Of a stretch of 64,000 nucleotides of DNA, positions 9,206 to 18,244 are shown piece after piece; position 1 is the first letter of the stretch; each line of letters opens with the position of its first letter. Source of the DNA: Candidatus Harrisonbacteria bacterium. Lineage in GTDB: Bacteria; Patescibacteriota; Minisyncoccia; UBA6257; 02-FULL-45-10c. The notes under the pieces were generated by a model. The model was given only the letters and a program-made list of their open reading frames with translations. It was not told the DNA's origin and did not search any database. Location: positions 225,710-289,709 of the forward strand of contig JACPTS010000001.1 in the NCBI GenBank assembly GCA_016192685.1, read 5' to 3'. Made by a program: the position numbers and the translations under genes.

Positions 9206-12200
9206 TTATATTTTCCTAACTCCTATCCAAATCGGCTGATTTTCTAATTTCGTACTTAATTCAACGTCAAATTTTGCCGATTTCTTAAAAACTAAATCGT
9301 TCGCGCCTACTTCTTTTTTAAGCTTACCGCTATTTCGTTCCCAAATTGCCGTTAATTCTTTTGGCGCCTCAACCATTAAAGCTATTTTATCTTTTGGCAC
9401 ATAATGCGCGTCATGCCGCAAACCCTGAACCATCCGCACTAATTCCCTAACTAGCCCCTCTTCTTTTAATTCCGGCGTTACGATGATATCCAAACCAACT
9501 TCACTCTCTAAATGCTGATTCCATTTCACTTCTTTAACATTAACCTCATCTTTTAAAATTTCCAGCAATTCCGCATCTCTTATATCCAACTTTTGACTTT
9601 TAACTTCTAAACTTTGAAGGGGTTGGCGGACTTTAATGCCTTTTTCCGCCCGCAGTGCCAGCGTCAGACTGGAAAGCCGCCGCACTTCTTCCATTTTTTC
9701 TAAAAGCGTATAGTCAATGGATTTTTTATCTGCTTCCGGCCAATCTTCTAAATGGACTGATTCTTTAGCTTTTAGCTTTGAGCTGTTAGCTTTTAGGGTT
9801 AGGGATTGATAAAGACTTTCGGCAAAAAATGGCGTAAATGGCGCAATCAATTTACTCAATTCCAAAAGACAGCGAAAAAGCGTGGCAGAAACAGACTGGA
9901 AATCTTTTTGGTCTGTTGGGCGCTGAAGCCGAGAGCGTGAACGCCGAATATACCAACGCGACAAATCATCCACGAAAACCTCCAGCGCCTTTCCCGAAGA
10001 GCCGACATCGTATTTTTCTAAATCATCGGTAGTCTTCTGAATAACTTGATTCAATCTTGCCAAAATCCACCCGTCTAAAATATTGTCTATTGTCTGTTGT
10101 CTGTCTGTTATCTGTTTGTCCCCGTATGTCTCAAAGAATACAAACGAATTATAAATAATCATAATAAATTTTCGGAGCGTTTTACCCAAATCCTGCTCAT
10201 CAAACTTTTTCGGTTCTGCCGGCGGATTAATCGTATAAAAATACCAACGCACCGCATCGACGCCATATTTATTCACCATATCCCAAGGACTAACTACATT
10301 GCCCTTAGACTTAGACATTTTTTGGCCGTTTTTATCAAGAACCAAACCAAGGGTAATGACATTTTTATACGGCGGCTCTTCAATTCCCAAAGCCGTAGCA
10401 ACGGCAAGAAGCGTATAGAACCATCCGCGAGTCTGGTCAATGCCCTCGCTAATATAATCTGCCGGAAAATCAATGCACTCCTGTAAAGTCTTTAGTCTTA
10501 AGTCATTAATCTTAAGTTTTTTAGCGCAGCTAAAAGGATAATGATCCTGCGCGAATGGCATTGCCCCGGAATCAAACCAGACATCCGCCACCTCTTTTAC
10601 CCTAACCATTTTCTTTCGGCACTTCGGACAGCGCAAATAAATATTATCCGCGTAAGGCCGATGCAAGTCCAATTCCGCGTTTCTATTATAAGGCCAATTA
10701 TGAAGTTCTACTTGCAAAACTTCGCCATTATTATGGATATAATCGGATTTCAAAATTTCTTCATTTGATAACCCAAGCATCGTCCCTTTAAGCATCCAAA
10801 GCGGTTCGCCGTGGCTAATTATCAAAATATTTTTATCGCTATATTTAGAATTAATATCCAAAACTGCTCCAAGCATCCTTTTTTTAACATCGTTTAAATT
10901 TTCTCCGCCAGGAGGCGTCTTGGTAAATTCTTCTAAGTGATTGTTAAAAAACTTTTTATGTTCTTCAATCAGTTGCCAATTAAAAATACCGCAATTAATT
11001 TCGGCTAAGCGCTTATCAATGATTATTTTTGCCTTGGTGACTTTGGCTACAATTTTAGCGGTTTCTCTGGTGCGAAAATAAGGGGAGGTAAAAATTAAAT
11101 CCAGTTTTTTTCCCTTAAGCAATTTTTTTAAATTTTTGGCGGCTTTTTGAATTTGCTCCTTCCCCTTCTTGGTAAGTTTAGAAATGTTTTTTCCTCTCTC
11201 CGGCCCAGCGGCAATTAAATTAGTTAAATTATGGTCTGATTCGCCATGCCGCAGCAGCCAAAAATTATTTTTAGAAAATCGCAATTTATCTAAATCTTCT
11301 AAGCCGCCGATTACCTCCCGATAATCGCATTTCTCGCATTCCCAAATCGGAAGCGGGGTGCCCCAATAACGATTGCGGGAAATCGCCCAGTCTTTAATTT
11401 CTCTAAGCCACTCGCCGAATCGTCCATCTTTGATATGCTCCGGAATCCAATTAATTTTTCGATTGCCCCTTAAAAGCTCGTCCCGCAGCTGACTCATCTC
11501 CACAAACCAAGAAAATTGGGATAAATATAAAAGCGGAGCATTGCAACGCCAGCAAAATGGATAGTCATGTTCAATAACCGCTCTTTTAAAGAGAATTTTT
11601 CTTTTATCCAAATCATTAATAATATCTTCATCAGCTTTTTTCACAAACTTCCCAGCTCCCGGCAGCCCCCTGGCGACGACGCCTTTCCCATCAATAGTAA
11701 TAGGAATCTGGCCTACTAACTCCTTTTGATACTTCTTAACTAAATTCATATCGTCTTCGCCAAAAGCCGGGGCGATATGGACGAGCCCAGTACCATCTTC
11801 AATAGAAACAAAATCCGCCGGATAAACCTGAAAAAATTTTTTATTTTTAAGCCATGGCCCCCCCACCTTGAACAACGGCTCGTATTTTAAGCCAACTAAT
11901 TTTTTTCCGGAAACTTTTTCTATCACTTCAACTTCTATCCCCGGTTCAACTGGGGGCGCATTATACGACCACAAAAATTCTTTACCAACTCTATACTTTG
12001 TATAAATAAGCTCTGGATTTACCGCCACTGCCACATTGGACGGGAGCGTCCAGGGCGTAGTAGTCCAAACAAGCAAAAATTCTTTTTGTTTGATACTTGA
12101 CACTTGACGCTTGATACGAAACTTAACATAAATCGATGGGTCCTTAACTTTCTGATACACGTCGGGCATACCCAACTCCGCATGGGAAAGCGGCGTCTGG

Positions 12201-12751
12201 CAACGCGGGCAATAAGGAACAATTTTAAAAGATTGAGTTAATAATCCACGTTTAGCAATTTGTTTAAATACCCACCACAAACTTTCTATATATTCCGATT
12301 TATAAGTAATATAAGGATTTTTTAAATCCAGCCAAAAACCGATTCGGTCTGTTAATTTTTCCCACTCGTCCTGATATTTCCAAACCGATGATTTGGCTTT
12401 TTCATTGAATTCGGCAATGCCGAATTTTTCTATATCCTGCTTATTTTTCAAGCCCAGCTCTTTTTCCACTTCAATTTCTACCGGAAGCCCATGAGTATCC
12501 CAACCGGCTTTCCTGCGGACAAAAAACCCGCGCATTGTTTTGAATCGCGGAATCACGTCTTTAAATGCCCGGCTTAAAACATGATGGATTCCCGGTCGGC
12601 CATTGGCAGTCGGCGGACCTTCAAAAAAACGAAAAACCTTTTGTCCGGCTTTTTTAATTTGAGTTTTCTCAAAAATCCGGTTTTCCTTCCAAAATTTCAA
12701 AACTTCCTCCTCAATTTCCGGCAATTTGAATTCTTTAATACCTCTAAGCAT
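9206..12751 (-). CDS. ileS: Isoleucine--tRNA ligase (type 2-like) with an inserted histidine-phosphatase domain
   Basis: EGPPTANGRPGIHH, GWDTHGLP, WTTTPWTLP, EGIDQTRGWFY, KMSKS; internal LLRHGES...SP..R..ETA...ISHG segment; start at ATG 12751. Confidence 0.93.
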   Translation of the reverse strand: MLRGIKEFKLPEIEEEVLKFWKENRIFEKTQIKKAGQKVFRFFEGPPTANGRPGIHHVLSRAFKDVIPRFKTMRGFFVRRKAGWDTHGLPVEIEVEKELGLKNKQDIEKFGIAEFNEKAKSSVWKYQDEWEKLTDRIGFWLDLKNPYITYKSEYIESLWWVFKQIAKRGLLTQSFKIVPYCPRCQTPLSHAELGMPDVYQKVKDPSIYVKFRIKRQVSSIKQKEFLLVWTTTPWTLPSNVAVAVNPELIYTKYRVGKEFLWSYNAPPVEPGIEVEVIEKVSGKKLVGLKYEPLFKVGGPWLKNKKFFQVYPADFVSIEDGTGLVHIAPAFGEDDMNLVKKYQKELVGQIPITIDGKGVVARGLPGAGKFVKKADEDIINDLDKRKILFKRAVIEHDYPFCWRCNAPLLYLSQFSWFVEMSQLRDELLRGNRKINWIPEHIKDGRFGEWLREIKDWAISRNRYWGTPLPIWECEKCDYREVIGGLEDLDKLRFSKNNFWLLRHGESDHNLTNLIAAGPERGKNISKLTKKGKEQIQKAAKNLKKLLKGKKLDLIFTSPYFRTRETAKIVAKVTKAKIIIDKRLAEINCGIFNWQLIEEHKKFFNNHLEEFTKTPPGGENLNDVKKRMLGAVLDINSKYSDKNILIISHGEPLWMLKGTMLGLSNEEILKSDYIHNNGEVLQVELHNWPYNRNAELDLHRPYADNIYLRCPKCRKKMVRVKEVADVWFDSGAMPFAQDHYPFSCAKKLKINDLRLKTLQECIDFPADYISEGIDQTRGWFYTLLAVATALGIEEPPYKNVITLGLVLDKNGQKMSKSKGNVVSPWDMVNKYGVDAVRWYFYTINPPAEPKKFDEQDLGKTLRKFIMIIYNSFVFFETYGDKQITDRQQTIDNILDGWILARLNQVIQKTTDDLEKYDVGSSGKALEVFVDDLSRWYIRRSRSRLQRPTDQKDFQSVSATLFRCLLELSKLIAPFTPFFAESLYQSLTLKANSSKLKAKESVHLEDWPEADKKSIDYTLLEKMEEVRRLSSLTLALRAEKGIKVRQPLQSLEVKSQKLDIRDAELLEILKDEVNVKEVKWNQHLESEVGLDIIVTPELKEEGLVRELVRMVQGLRHDAHYVPKDKIALMVEAPKELTAIWERNSGKLKKEVGANDLVFKKSAKFDVELSTKLENQPIWIGVRKI

Positions 12752-12809
12752 ATGCTTAATAATAAGGAAAAATTGGGCTATTTTCAAACAAAAAACCGCT
12801 GAAAAGCGG

Positions 12810-13097
12810 TTAGGTATAAACTCCGTCTCTTGATTGCTGAATTATTTTCATAAGCTCACGCGTTGCATACTCTGAATATACCAAATCAATCGGCGGAAAA
12901 TCGCCACACATCGGATTCTTTCTCAAAAGCCATTTCACGGTTGCTTCTTCAGATTTAAATTCCAAAAGGGCTGAAACAACCTGCATAAGCCTTCTTTGTT
13001 TAGAGCGTTCCATCGGTCCCAAATTCGAAACCTGAAGATTCTGCAGTTTCACCACAATACCCAGCGCCGCATCTTTCATTTCCAATTCCATTTTCAT
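12810..13097 (-). CDS. Putative antitoxin with Xre/MbcA/ParS-type C-terminal domain
   Basis: EEATVKWLLRKNPMCGDFPPIDLV fits the 'W L..PN..L.G..P.DL' pattern of this family; GGAG upstream. Confidence 0.6.
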   Translation of the reverse strand: MKMELEMKDAALGIVVKLQNLQVSNLGPMERSKQRRLMQVVSALLEFKSEEATVKWLLRKNPMCGDFPPIDLVYSEYATRELMKIIQQSRDGVYT

Positions 13098-13180
13098 CTC
13101 CCGCGAACTACTTAATAGTAGAACAAAAAATTAAACGGCTGTAAAGTTAGCAGGATTAAAATTTAGCAATTGCTAAATTT

Positions 13181-14749
13181 TCACATTTTTTTGAGTTTAC
13201 TAATGCCAAGAATATCAAAAAGGTTTTCTAAAATTATTTTAGTGGCGGAAACTAACGCTAAACGGGATTGCTCTAAATTTTTATCGCCAAAGCCGATTAC
13301 TCTCTCTTTTTCATAAAAATTATGGAATGCTTTTGCTAGTTCCGTCGCGTATCTGGTTAACCGATGGACTTGGTAATCTTCCGCGGTCTGCGCCAAAACA
13401 TCCGGCAATTTCACCAACTCTAACATTAACTTAACCTCCGAATCTGATTTCAAAAGTCGTAAGTCGTAAGTCGTAAGTCGTAAGTTAGCGCGTTTTAATA
13501 TATTTAAAACGCGTACGTAAGCATATTGCGCGTAATAAACCGGATTTTTCTGCGACCGCTCTTTAGCCAAATCCAAATCAAAATCCATGTGGGTATCCAA
13601 AGAATGCATCAAAAAGAAAAACCGCGCGGCATCTTTACCCGCCGTAGCCTTAGCGGAGGAGGGCGCGCCAACTTCTTTTAAAAGCTCATCTAAAGTAATA
13701 AACTCGCCCTTTCTTTTAGACATTTTCACTTCTTTCCCGCCGCTTACCAAACGCACTAATTGAGTAATTAAAATCTTAAGCCGTTCCGGTTTTACGCCCA
13801 ATGCCTCAATGCCCTTTTTCATTCTTTGGGCATAGCCATGGTGGTCCGCGCCCCAAATATCAATCGCTAAATTAAATTTCCTTTTTAAAAATTTATCGTA
13901 ATGATAAGCTAAGTCCGCCAAAAAATAAGTCGGGTTGCCGTCTGATTTTATAAGCACGCCATCGCCAAGCCACAAAGCCCCGTCCTTTTTTTCAACTAGC
14001 CCCTTCTTTTCTAAAAACTGCAAGGTTTTTTTAAGCTCTCCTTTTTTATGTAAATTCTTCTCTTCTGAAAACCAAACATCGTGCTTAATCCCCGCGCTTT
14101 TCAGTGATGCCTTTATTGATTTTAATAAAATAGTGGTCGCTTGTTTAGCTGATTTATCTTTTAATTTTTTTATATAATCTCCTTGATAGTATTCTTCTTT
14201 CCAAGGAATTTTCCCTGCGACTGCTAAAATGCTCTCTCCCAGTAGTTTTATCTGATTGCCGGTATCGTTTATATAATATTCCCGCGTCACTTTATGCCCA
14301 GCATTTTCTAAAACATTCGCCAAAACATCACCATAAAATCCGCTCCGGCCATTAGCCATTGTCAGCGGGCCGGTTGGGTTAGCAGAAACGAATTCTAAAT
14401 TTATTTTTTGAGCGCGTAGTCCATAGGTTGTAGAGCGTAGATTTCCGTATTTATTTTTCTTTTTTAAAATTTCTTTCAATTCTTTTTGTAGAATTTCCGG
14501 CTTCAGCCAAAAATTAATAAAGCCAGGCGCAACTGCCTCAACTTTACTAAACACATTTGACTTTTGACCTTTGACATTTAACTCAATCTCTTTGGCAACC
14601 GCCATCGGCGATTTCTTCAAAACCGGCGCCAACTTAAAAGCCGCATTTGTGGAATAATGCCCAAAATCTTCTTTCTCGCTCGCCGAGACGTTAAAATCAA
14701 CTTCTGTCCCAACGGCCTTTTTAATCTCTTTTTTTATAAACTCAAGCAT
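13181..14749 (-). CDS. argS: Arginine--tRNA ligase
   Basis: FGHYSTN, EFVSANPTGPL, GADHHGY, KMSKRKG, NPVYYAQYA. Confidence 0.95.
   Translation of the reverse strand: MLEFIKKEIKKAVGTEVDFNVSASEKEDFGHYSTNAAFKLAPVLKKSPMAVAKEIELNVKGQKSNVFSKVEAVAPGFINFWLKPEILQKELKEILKKKNKYGNLRSTTYGLRAQKINLEFVSANPTGPLTMANGRSGFYGDVLANVLENAGHKVTREYYINDTGNQIKLLGESILAVAGKIPWKEEYYQGDYIKKLKDKSAKQATTILLKSIKASLKSAGIKHDVWFSEEKNLHKKGELKKTLQFLEKKGLVEKKDGALWLGDGVLIKSDGNPTYFLADLAYHYDKFLKRKFNLAIDIWGADHHGYAQRMKKGIEALGVKPERLKILITQLVRLVSGGKEVKMSKRKGEFITLDELLKEVGAPSSAKATAGKDAARFFFLMHSLDTHMDFDLDLAKERSQKNPVYYAQYAYVRVLNILKRANLRLTTYDLRLLKSDSEVKLMLELVKLPDVLAQTAEDYQVHRLTRYATELAKAFHNFYEKERVIGFGDKNLEQSRLALVSATKIILENLFDILGISKLKKM
13454..13485. 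repeat. Heptamer tandem repeat (AAGTCGT)x4 inside argS
   Basis: aagtcgt aagtcgt aagtcgt aagtcgt aagt; encodes NLRLTTYDLRL. Confidence 0.9.
13638..13663. repeat. REP-like palindrome, family A, in frame in argS
   Basis: cccgccgtagccttagcggaggaggg encodes PSSAKATAG; near-identical copies at 19341 and 29602. Confidence 0.75.
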
Positions 14750-14828
14750 CTTTCAATAATATCACTGCTTGACTTAAAATTTAAGTTGAAATAAGCTGAT
14801 GTCAGCTCGCTGAAATAATAAAAATCTG

Positions 14829-15116
14829 ATGAAAAAGCTTCTGCCGATTTTCTTAATAACGATTGGCTTAAATGCCTGTAGTCAAAAAAATCAAAACGAA
14901 GATAACTATATAAAATCTTACTCTGGGATTATACAAGTAATCAAAGAATACCCGGGCCGCAATTGCGATATTGGTCTGGATAGAAGATGGGTGCAAGGCG
15001 TAGATCTAAATGATTGTAAAAAAGTAAACATCGGAGATAAGGTTCTGTTTGTTGAAAAAGTTGAAAATGGATTAGTTAGAATAAAAATGCAAAAACTAAA
15101 TCCAAATCTGCCCTAA
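14829..15116 (+). CDS. Hypothetical small lipoprotein
   Basis: Signal peptide MKKLLPIFLITIGLNAC with lipobox-like LNAC. Confidence 0.6.
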   Translation: MKKLLPIFLITIGLNACSQKNQNEDNYIKSYSGIIQVIKEYPGRNCDIGLDRRWVQGVDLNDCKKVNIGDKVLFVEKVENGLVRIKMQKLNPNLP

Positions 15117-15128
15117 CCGGCAGGTTTT

Positions 15129-15815
15129 TTATTCAACCAAAAAGTCGTTTCCCCAAGAACAATATGCACACTCGCTATGAATTTTGGGCATCGGGCCTTT
15201 AATTAATTCTTGGGCATTTTCAAAAACTTTTTTCGCCGCCGCTGAATCCACGTCTATTTTTTTTATTGTTATCTCAAAACGCACTTGACCACCCTCCGCC
15301 ACATCTTTTGGAATGTAATAACAAAGATACCCGAAACCGGCTGATTTCATGCCATTAGCTTCCAGCATCAACGAATAGCAATTCAACTGATTTTGGTAAA
15401 AACTGGAAGAATCTTCTTTTAAGTCATAACCTCTGGTTTTGTAATCAAATGGCATATAAACTTGTTTTTCTGGATTCACTAAAAGATCGTCTAGTGCGCC
15501 GCTTAAAATCGCCCCAGATTCTATATCTTTATAAACCAATCCAGTCCTCCAGCTCCGCCATTTATTCAATAAATCCAAATCCGCCATTAAAATTCCGTCC
15601 ACTTTCCCGTCAATTTCCGGCGGCATTTTCCCCTGCAAACGATATTTATCAAAATATTTTTTAATCAGATTATCCATTCCGCCCGGAAGCGACGGGAAAA
15701 TTCCCCGCGGCCGGTGAATCCCCTGCACCTGCTCCAGCCAAAAACACTTGGAACATTCCAAAAATAAATTCAGTGTTGAGGGCGATAATCTTATTTGTCC
15801 GTCTTTTGATTTCAT
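15129..15815 (-). CDS. PD-(D/E)XK nuclease family protein (Cas4/RecB-like)
   Basis: LSPSTLNLFLECSKCFW, GALDDLL..PFDYKT, QLNCY, C-terminal ECAYC. Confidence 0.8.
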   Translation of the reverse strand: MKSKDGQIRLSPSTLNLFLECSKCFWLEQVQGIHRPRGIFPSLPGGMDNLIKKYFDKYRLQGKMPPEIDGKVDGILMADLDLLNKWRSWRTGLVYKDIESGAILSGALDDLLVNPEKQVYMPFDYKTRGYDLKEDSSSFYQNQLNCYSLMLEANGMKSAGFGYLCYYIPKDVAEGGQVRFEITIKKIDVDSAAAKKVFENAQELIKGPMPKIHSECAYCSWGNDFLVE

Positions 15816-15845
15816 CGTAATAATTATATCCCATATAATAAATGT

Positions 15846-16286
15846 ATGAAACCATTATCCGAAAACCGAAAAGCGAGGTTTGATTATGAAATTTTAGAGA
15901 CCTATGAAGCTGGGATTGTTTTAACTGGCCAGGAGGTGAAATCAATAAAAGCCGGCCGGGCAAATTTAACCGGCTCATTCGTAGTAATAAAACCAGATGG
16001 AGCGTCTTTGTTAAATACTCAAATTCCGCCTTATCAGCCTAAAAACACACCGGCCGATTATAAACCGGATAGAACCCGCCAACTGCTTTTAAATAAAAAA
16101 GAGCTTAATTATCTTTTTGGAAAAACTAAAGAAGGTTTGACGATTGTACCGCTTTCCATCTATAATAAAGGTCGCCGAATTAAACTCTCTATCGGCCTCG
16201 CCCGACACAAGAAAAAACAGGATAAAAGGGAAACTATAAAGGAAAGAGAATTTAAAAGGGAGCAAGGAAGAACATTAAAAGAATAA
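15846..16286 (+). CDS. smpB: SsrA-binding protein SmpB
   Basis: NRKARFDYEILETYEAGIVLTGQEVKSI; immediately followed by tmRNA. Confidence 0.96.
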   Translation: MKPLSENRKARFDYEILETYEAGIVLTGQEVKSIKAGRANLTGSFVVIKPDGASLLNTQIPPYQPKNTPADYKPDRTRQLLLNKKELNYLFGKTKEGLTIVPLSIYNKGRRIKLSIGLARHKKKQDKRETIKEREFKREQGRTLKE

Positions 16287-16631
16287 GGGGGTGTAAAGCT
16301 TCGACAATTTATCTTCTATCAGATTTGCAAGCCGAGCTGAATTAACTCGCAAAACTAATTCAAAATAATAAGTGCAAACTTATTCAATCGTCAGCCAGCT
16401 TACGCTTTAGCATAACTGGCCATTGTTCAGCCAAAGCTTGATAGGTTGATAAACAATGTCATTAATCAAGCTCTGCCTTGATAAGCCGAGTGTCAAAGCG
16501 AATCACAATCGGCAAAAGATCTTTGGTATTTTGTTGAATTTTAGCCTTAGATCTTAAACAATAATTCAACTAAGCTTGTAGAAAATTTGATAGTAATAAT
16601 TTGGACGCGGGTGCAATTCCCGCCACTTCCA
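16287..16631 (+). ncRNA. ssrA: tmRNA; tag peptide (A)NLFNRQPAYALA
   Basis: 5' gggggtg..ttcgac, 3' gacgcgggtgcaattcccgccacttcca; resume codon GCA at 16374 with tag ORF ending TAA 16413-16415; directly after smpB. Confidence 0.92.
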
Positions 16632-16673
16632 CAACTATACAAATAAAATCTATTTTGTTATACTTTTAAAATC

Positions 16674-17171
16674 TTGATTAGAACTAACGAAAAAATAACC
16701 GCTTTGGAATTGCGGGTCATTGGAGAAGATGGGTCAAATATCGGTGTTTTGCCGCTTGCGGAAGCGTTGAAAATGGCTAAAGAAAGAGGGTTGGATCTTA
16801 TTGAAATCGCGCCAACAGCCAAACCGCCAGTCGGAAAAATAATGAGCTATGACAAATACCGCTATCAAGAAACCAAAAAACTCAAAAAACAGCGCGCCGG
16901 GACAAAAACCCAAGAGTTAAAAGGGGTGAGAATCAGCGCCCGGGCCGCCGAACACGACCTTCAAGTAAAAGCGAATAAAGTAAATGAGTTTTTAAATGAA
17001 GGCCATATAGTGGAAATCCAATTAGTAATGCGCGGTCGGGAAAAAGCTAACCGGGACTGGGCTAGGCAAAAATTATTGGATTTTATAAAAATGATTATTC
17101 CGGAACATAAAGTATTGCTGGAGCCAAAATATAGTTTTAGGGGATTTAATATGCAAGTAGTGAAGAAATAA
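16674..17171 (+). CDS. infC: Translation initiation factor IF-3
   Basis: NEKITALELRVIG, GLDLIEIAPTAKPPVGKIMSY; non-AUG start (TTG 16674 or ATT 16677), as is typical for infC. Confidence 0.94.
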   Translation: MIRTNEKITALELRVIGEDGSNIGVLPLAEALKMAKERGLDLIEIAPTAKPPVGKIMSYDKYRYQETKKLKKQRAGTKTQELKGVRISARAAEHDLQVKANKVNEFLNEGHIVEIQLVMRGREKANRDWARQKLLDFIKMIIPEHKVLLEPKYSFRGFNMQVVKK

Positions 17172-17204
17172 CTTACGACCAACAACTAACGACAAACAAC
17201 TACA

Positions 17205-17384
17205 ATGAGAAAGTCTTTTTCAAAAAGAATCAGGGTCACTAAAACCGGAAAAATGCTCCGCCGGAGAATGGCACAGGATCATTTCCGGGCCAAGAGGACC
17301 GGCAAACAAACCCGCAATAAAAGAAAGGGGTTGTCTTTAGGGCAATCTGATGTTAAAGTATTCCAGAAATATTTAAAGCAATAA
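17205..17384 (+). CDS. rpmI: 50S ribosomal protein L35
   Basis: 59 aa MRKSFSKRIRVTKTGKMLRRRMAQDHFRAK..., between infC and rplT; below ORF-track cutoff. Confidence 0.9.
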   Translation: MRKSFSKRIRVTKTGKMLRRRMAQDHFRAKRTGKQTRNKRKGLSLGQSDVKVFQKYLKQ

Positions 17385-17387
17385 TTT

Positions 17388-17732
17388 ATGAGCAGAGTCA
17401 AACGCGGTGTCATCGCCAACAAAAGACGCCGAAAAATATTAAAATATACCAAGGGCTTCCGCTGGGGCAGAAAATCCAAAGAACGGGCCGCTAAAGAAGC
17501 CCTTCTTCATGCTTGGAGCCATGCTTTTCAAGGCCGCAAAGAAAAAAAACGCAATTTCCGCGCGCTTTGGAATGTCCGTATCAATGCCGCCGCCAGAGAC
17601 AACGGAATGAAATACAGCGAATTAATCAATAAACTTAAAAAGGCGAATATAAAATTAGACCGGAAAGTACTCGCCGATCTTGCTCTAAATGAACCAAAAG
17701 TTTTTGTTAAAGTATTGGAAAAAGTCCGCTAA
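17388..17732 (+). CDS. rplT: 50S ribosomal protein L20
   Basis: MSRVKRGV...KKRNFRALWNVRINAA...LDRKVLADLA. Confidence 0.97.
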   Translation: MSRVKRGVIANKRRRKILKYTKGFRWGRKSKERAAKEALLHAWSHAFQGRKEKKRNFRALWNVRINAAARDNGMKYSELINKLKKANIKLDRKVLADLALNEPKVFVKVLEKVR

Positions 17733-17750
17733 ATGCGGACTTTTTCGTAA

Positions 17751-18230
17751 TTAAGCGTTTGGCCGCGCGGGATTTTGCGGACTACGCGGAACACTTTTTC
17801 TGCGAAGATAGTCATGGGCATTTTTTAAAATTGATTTGCTATTCCGGTGCTTTAATAATTTTTGGGCGTCATTATGCAAAAACCAGCCGTATCCTTCATG
17901 CTCATAAGATAATTTGATTTCCGGCTTGGTCGCCTGCGCTAAAAAGAAAATCACAATCTTAAAAATCTTCTGCCCCTCCCATTGATAAATATATTTATCA
18001 GTCATCTTAAAATCCCGAACTACCCGGAGCAACCGAGGCGATATACCAGTTTCTTCGGTGACTTCCCGAAGCGCGGCATCATATCCCCGCTCCCCAGCTT
18101 CCAATTTCCCCTTGGGAAAATTCCAATATCCCCTGCCATGATAGAGCAAAAGATATTTAGTATCTACTTTTCCGTCCCTATCCTTTTCCCGCTTATATAT
18201 AATTATCCCGGCTGAAATCTCCCGTGGCAT
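17751..18230 (-). CDS. NUDIX hydrolase (Ap4A hydrolase-like)
   Basis: WNFPKGKLEAGERGYDAALREVTEETGI Nudix box; LSYEH. Confidence 0.88.
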   Translation of the reverse strand: MPREISAGIIIYKREKDRDGKVDTKYLLLYHGRGYWNFPKGKLEAGERGYDAALREVTEETGISPRLLRVVRDFKMTDKYIYQWEGQKIFKIVIFFLAQATKPEIKLSYEHEGYGWFLHNDAQKLLKHRNSKSILKNAHDYLRRKSVPRSPQNPARPNA

Positions 18231-18244
18231 ATAACTAAGTTTTA

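Noticed and set aside
15129-15815. Cas4 as part of a CRISPR system
   Set aside because: Stand-alone PD-(D/E)XK nuclease with no array or other cas genes nearby.
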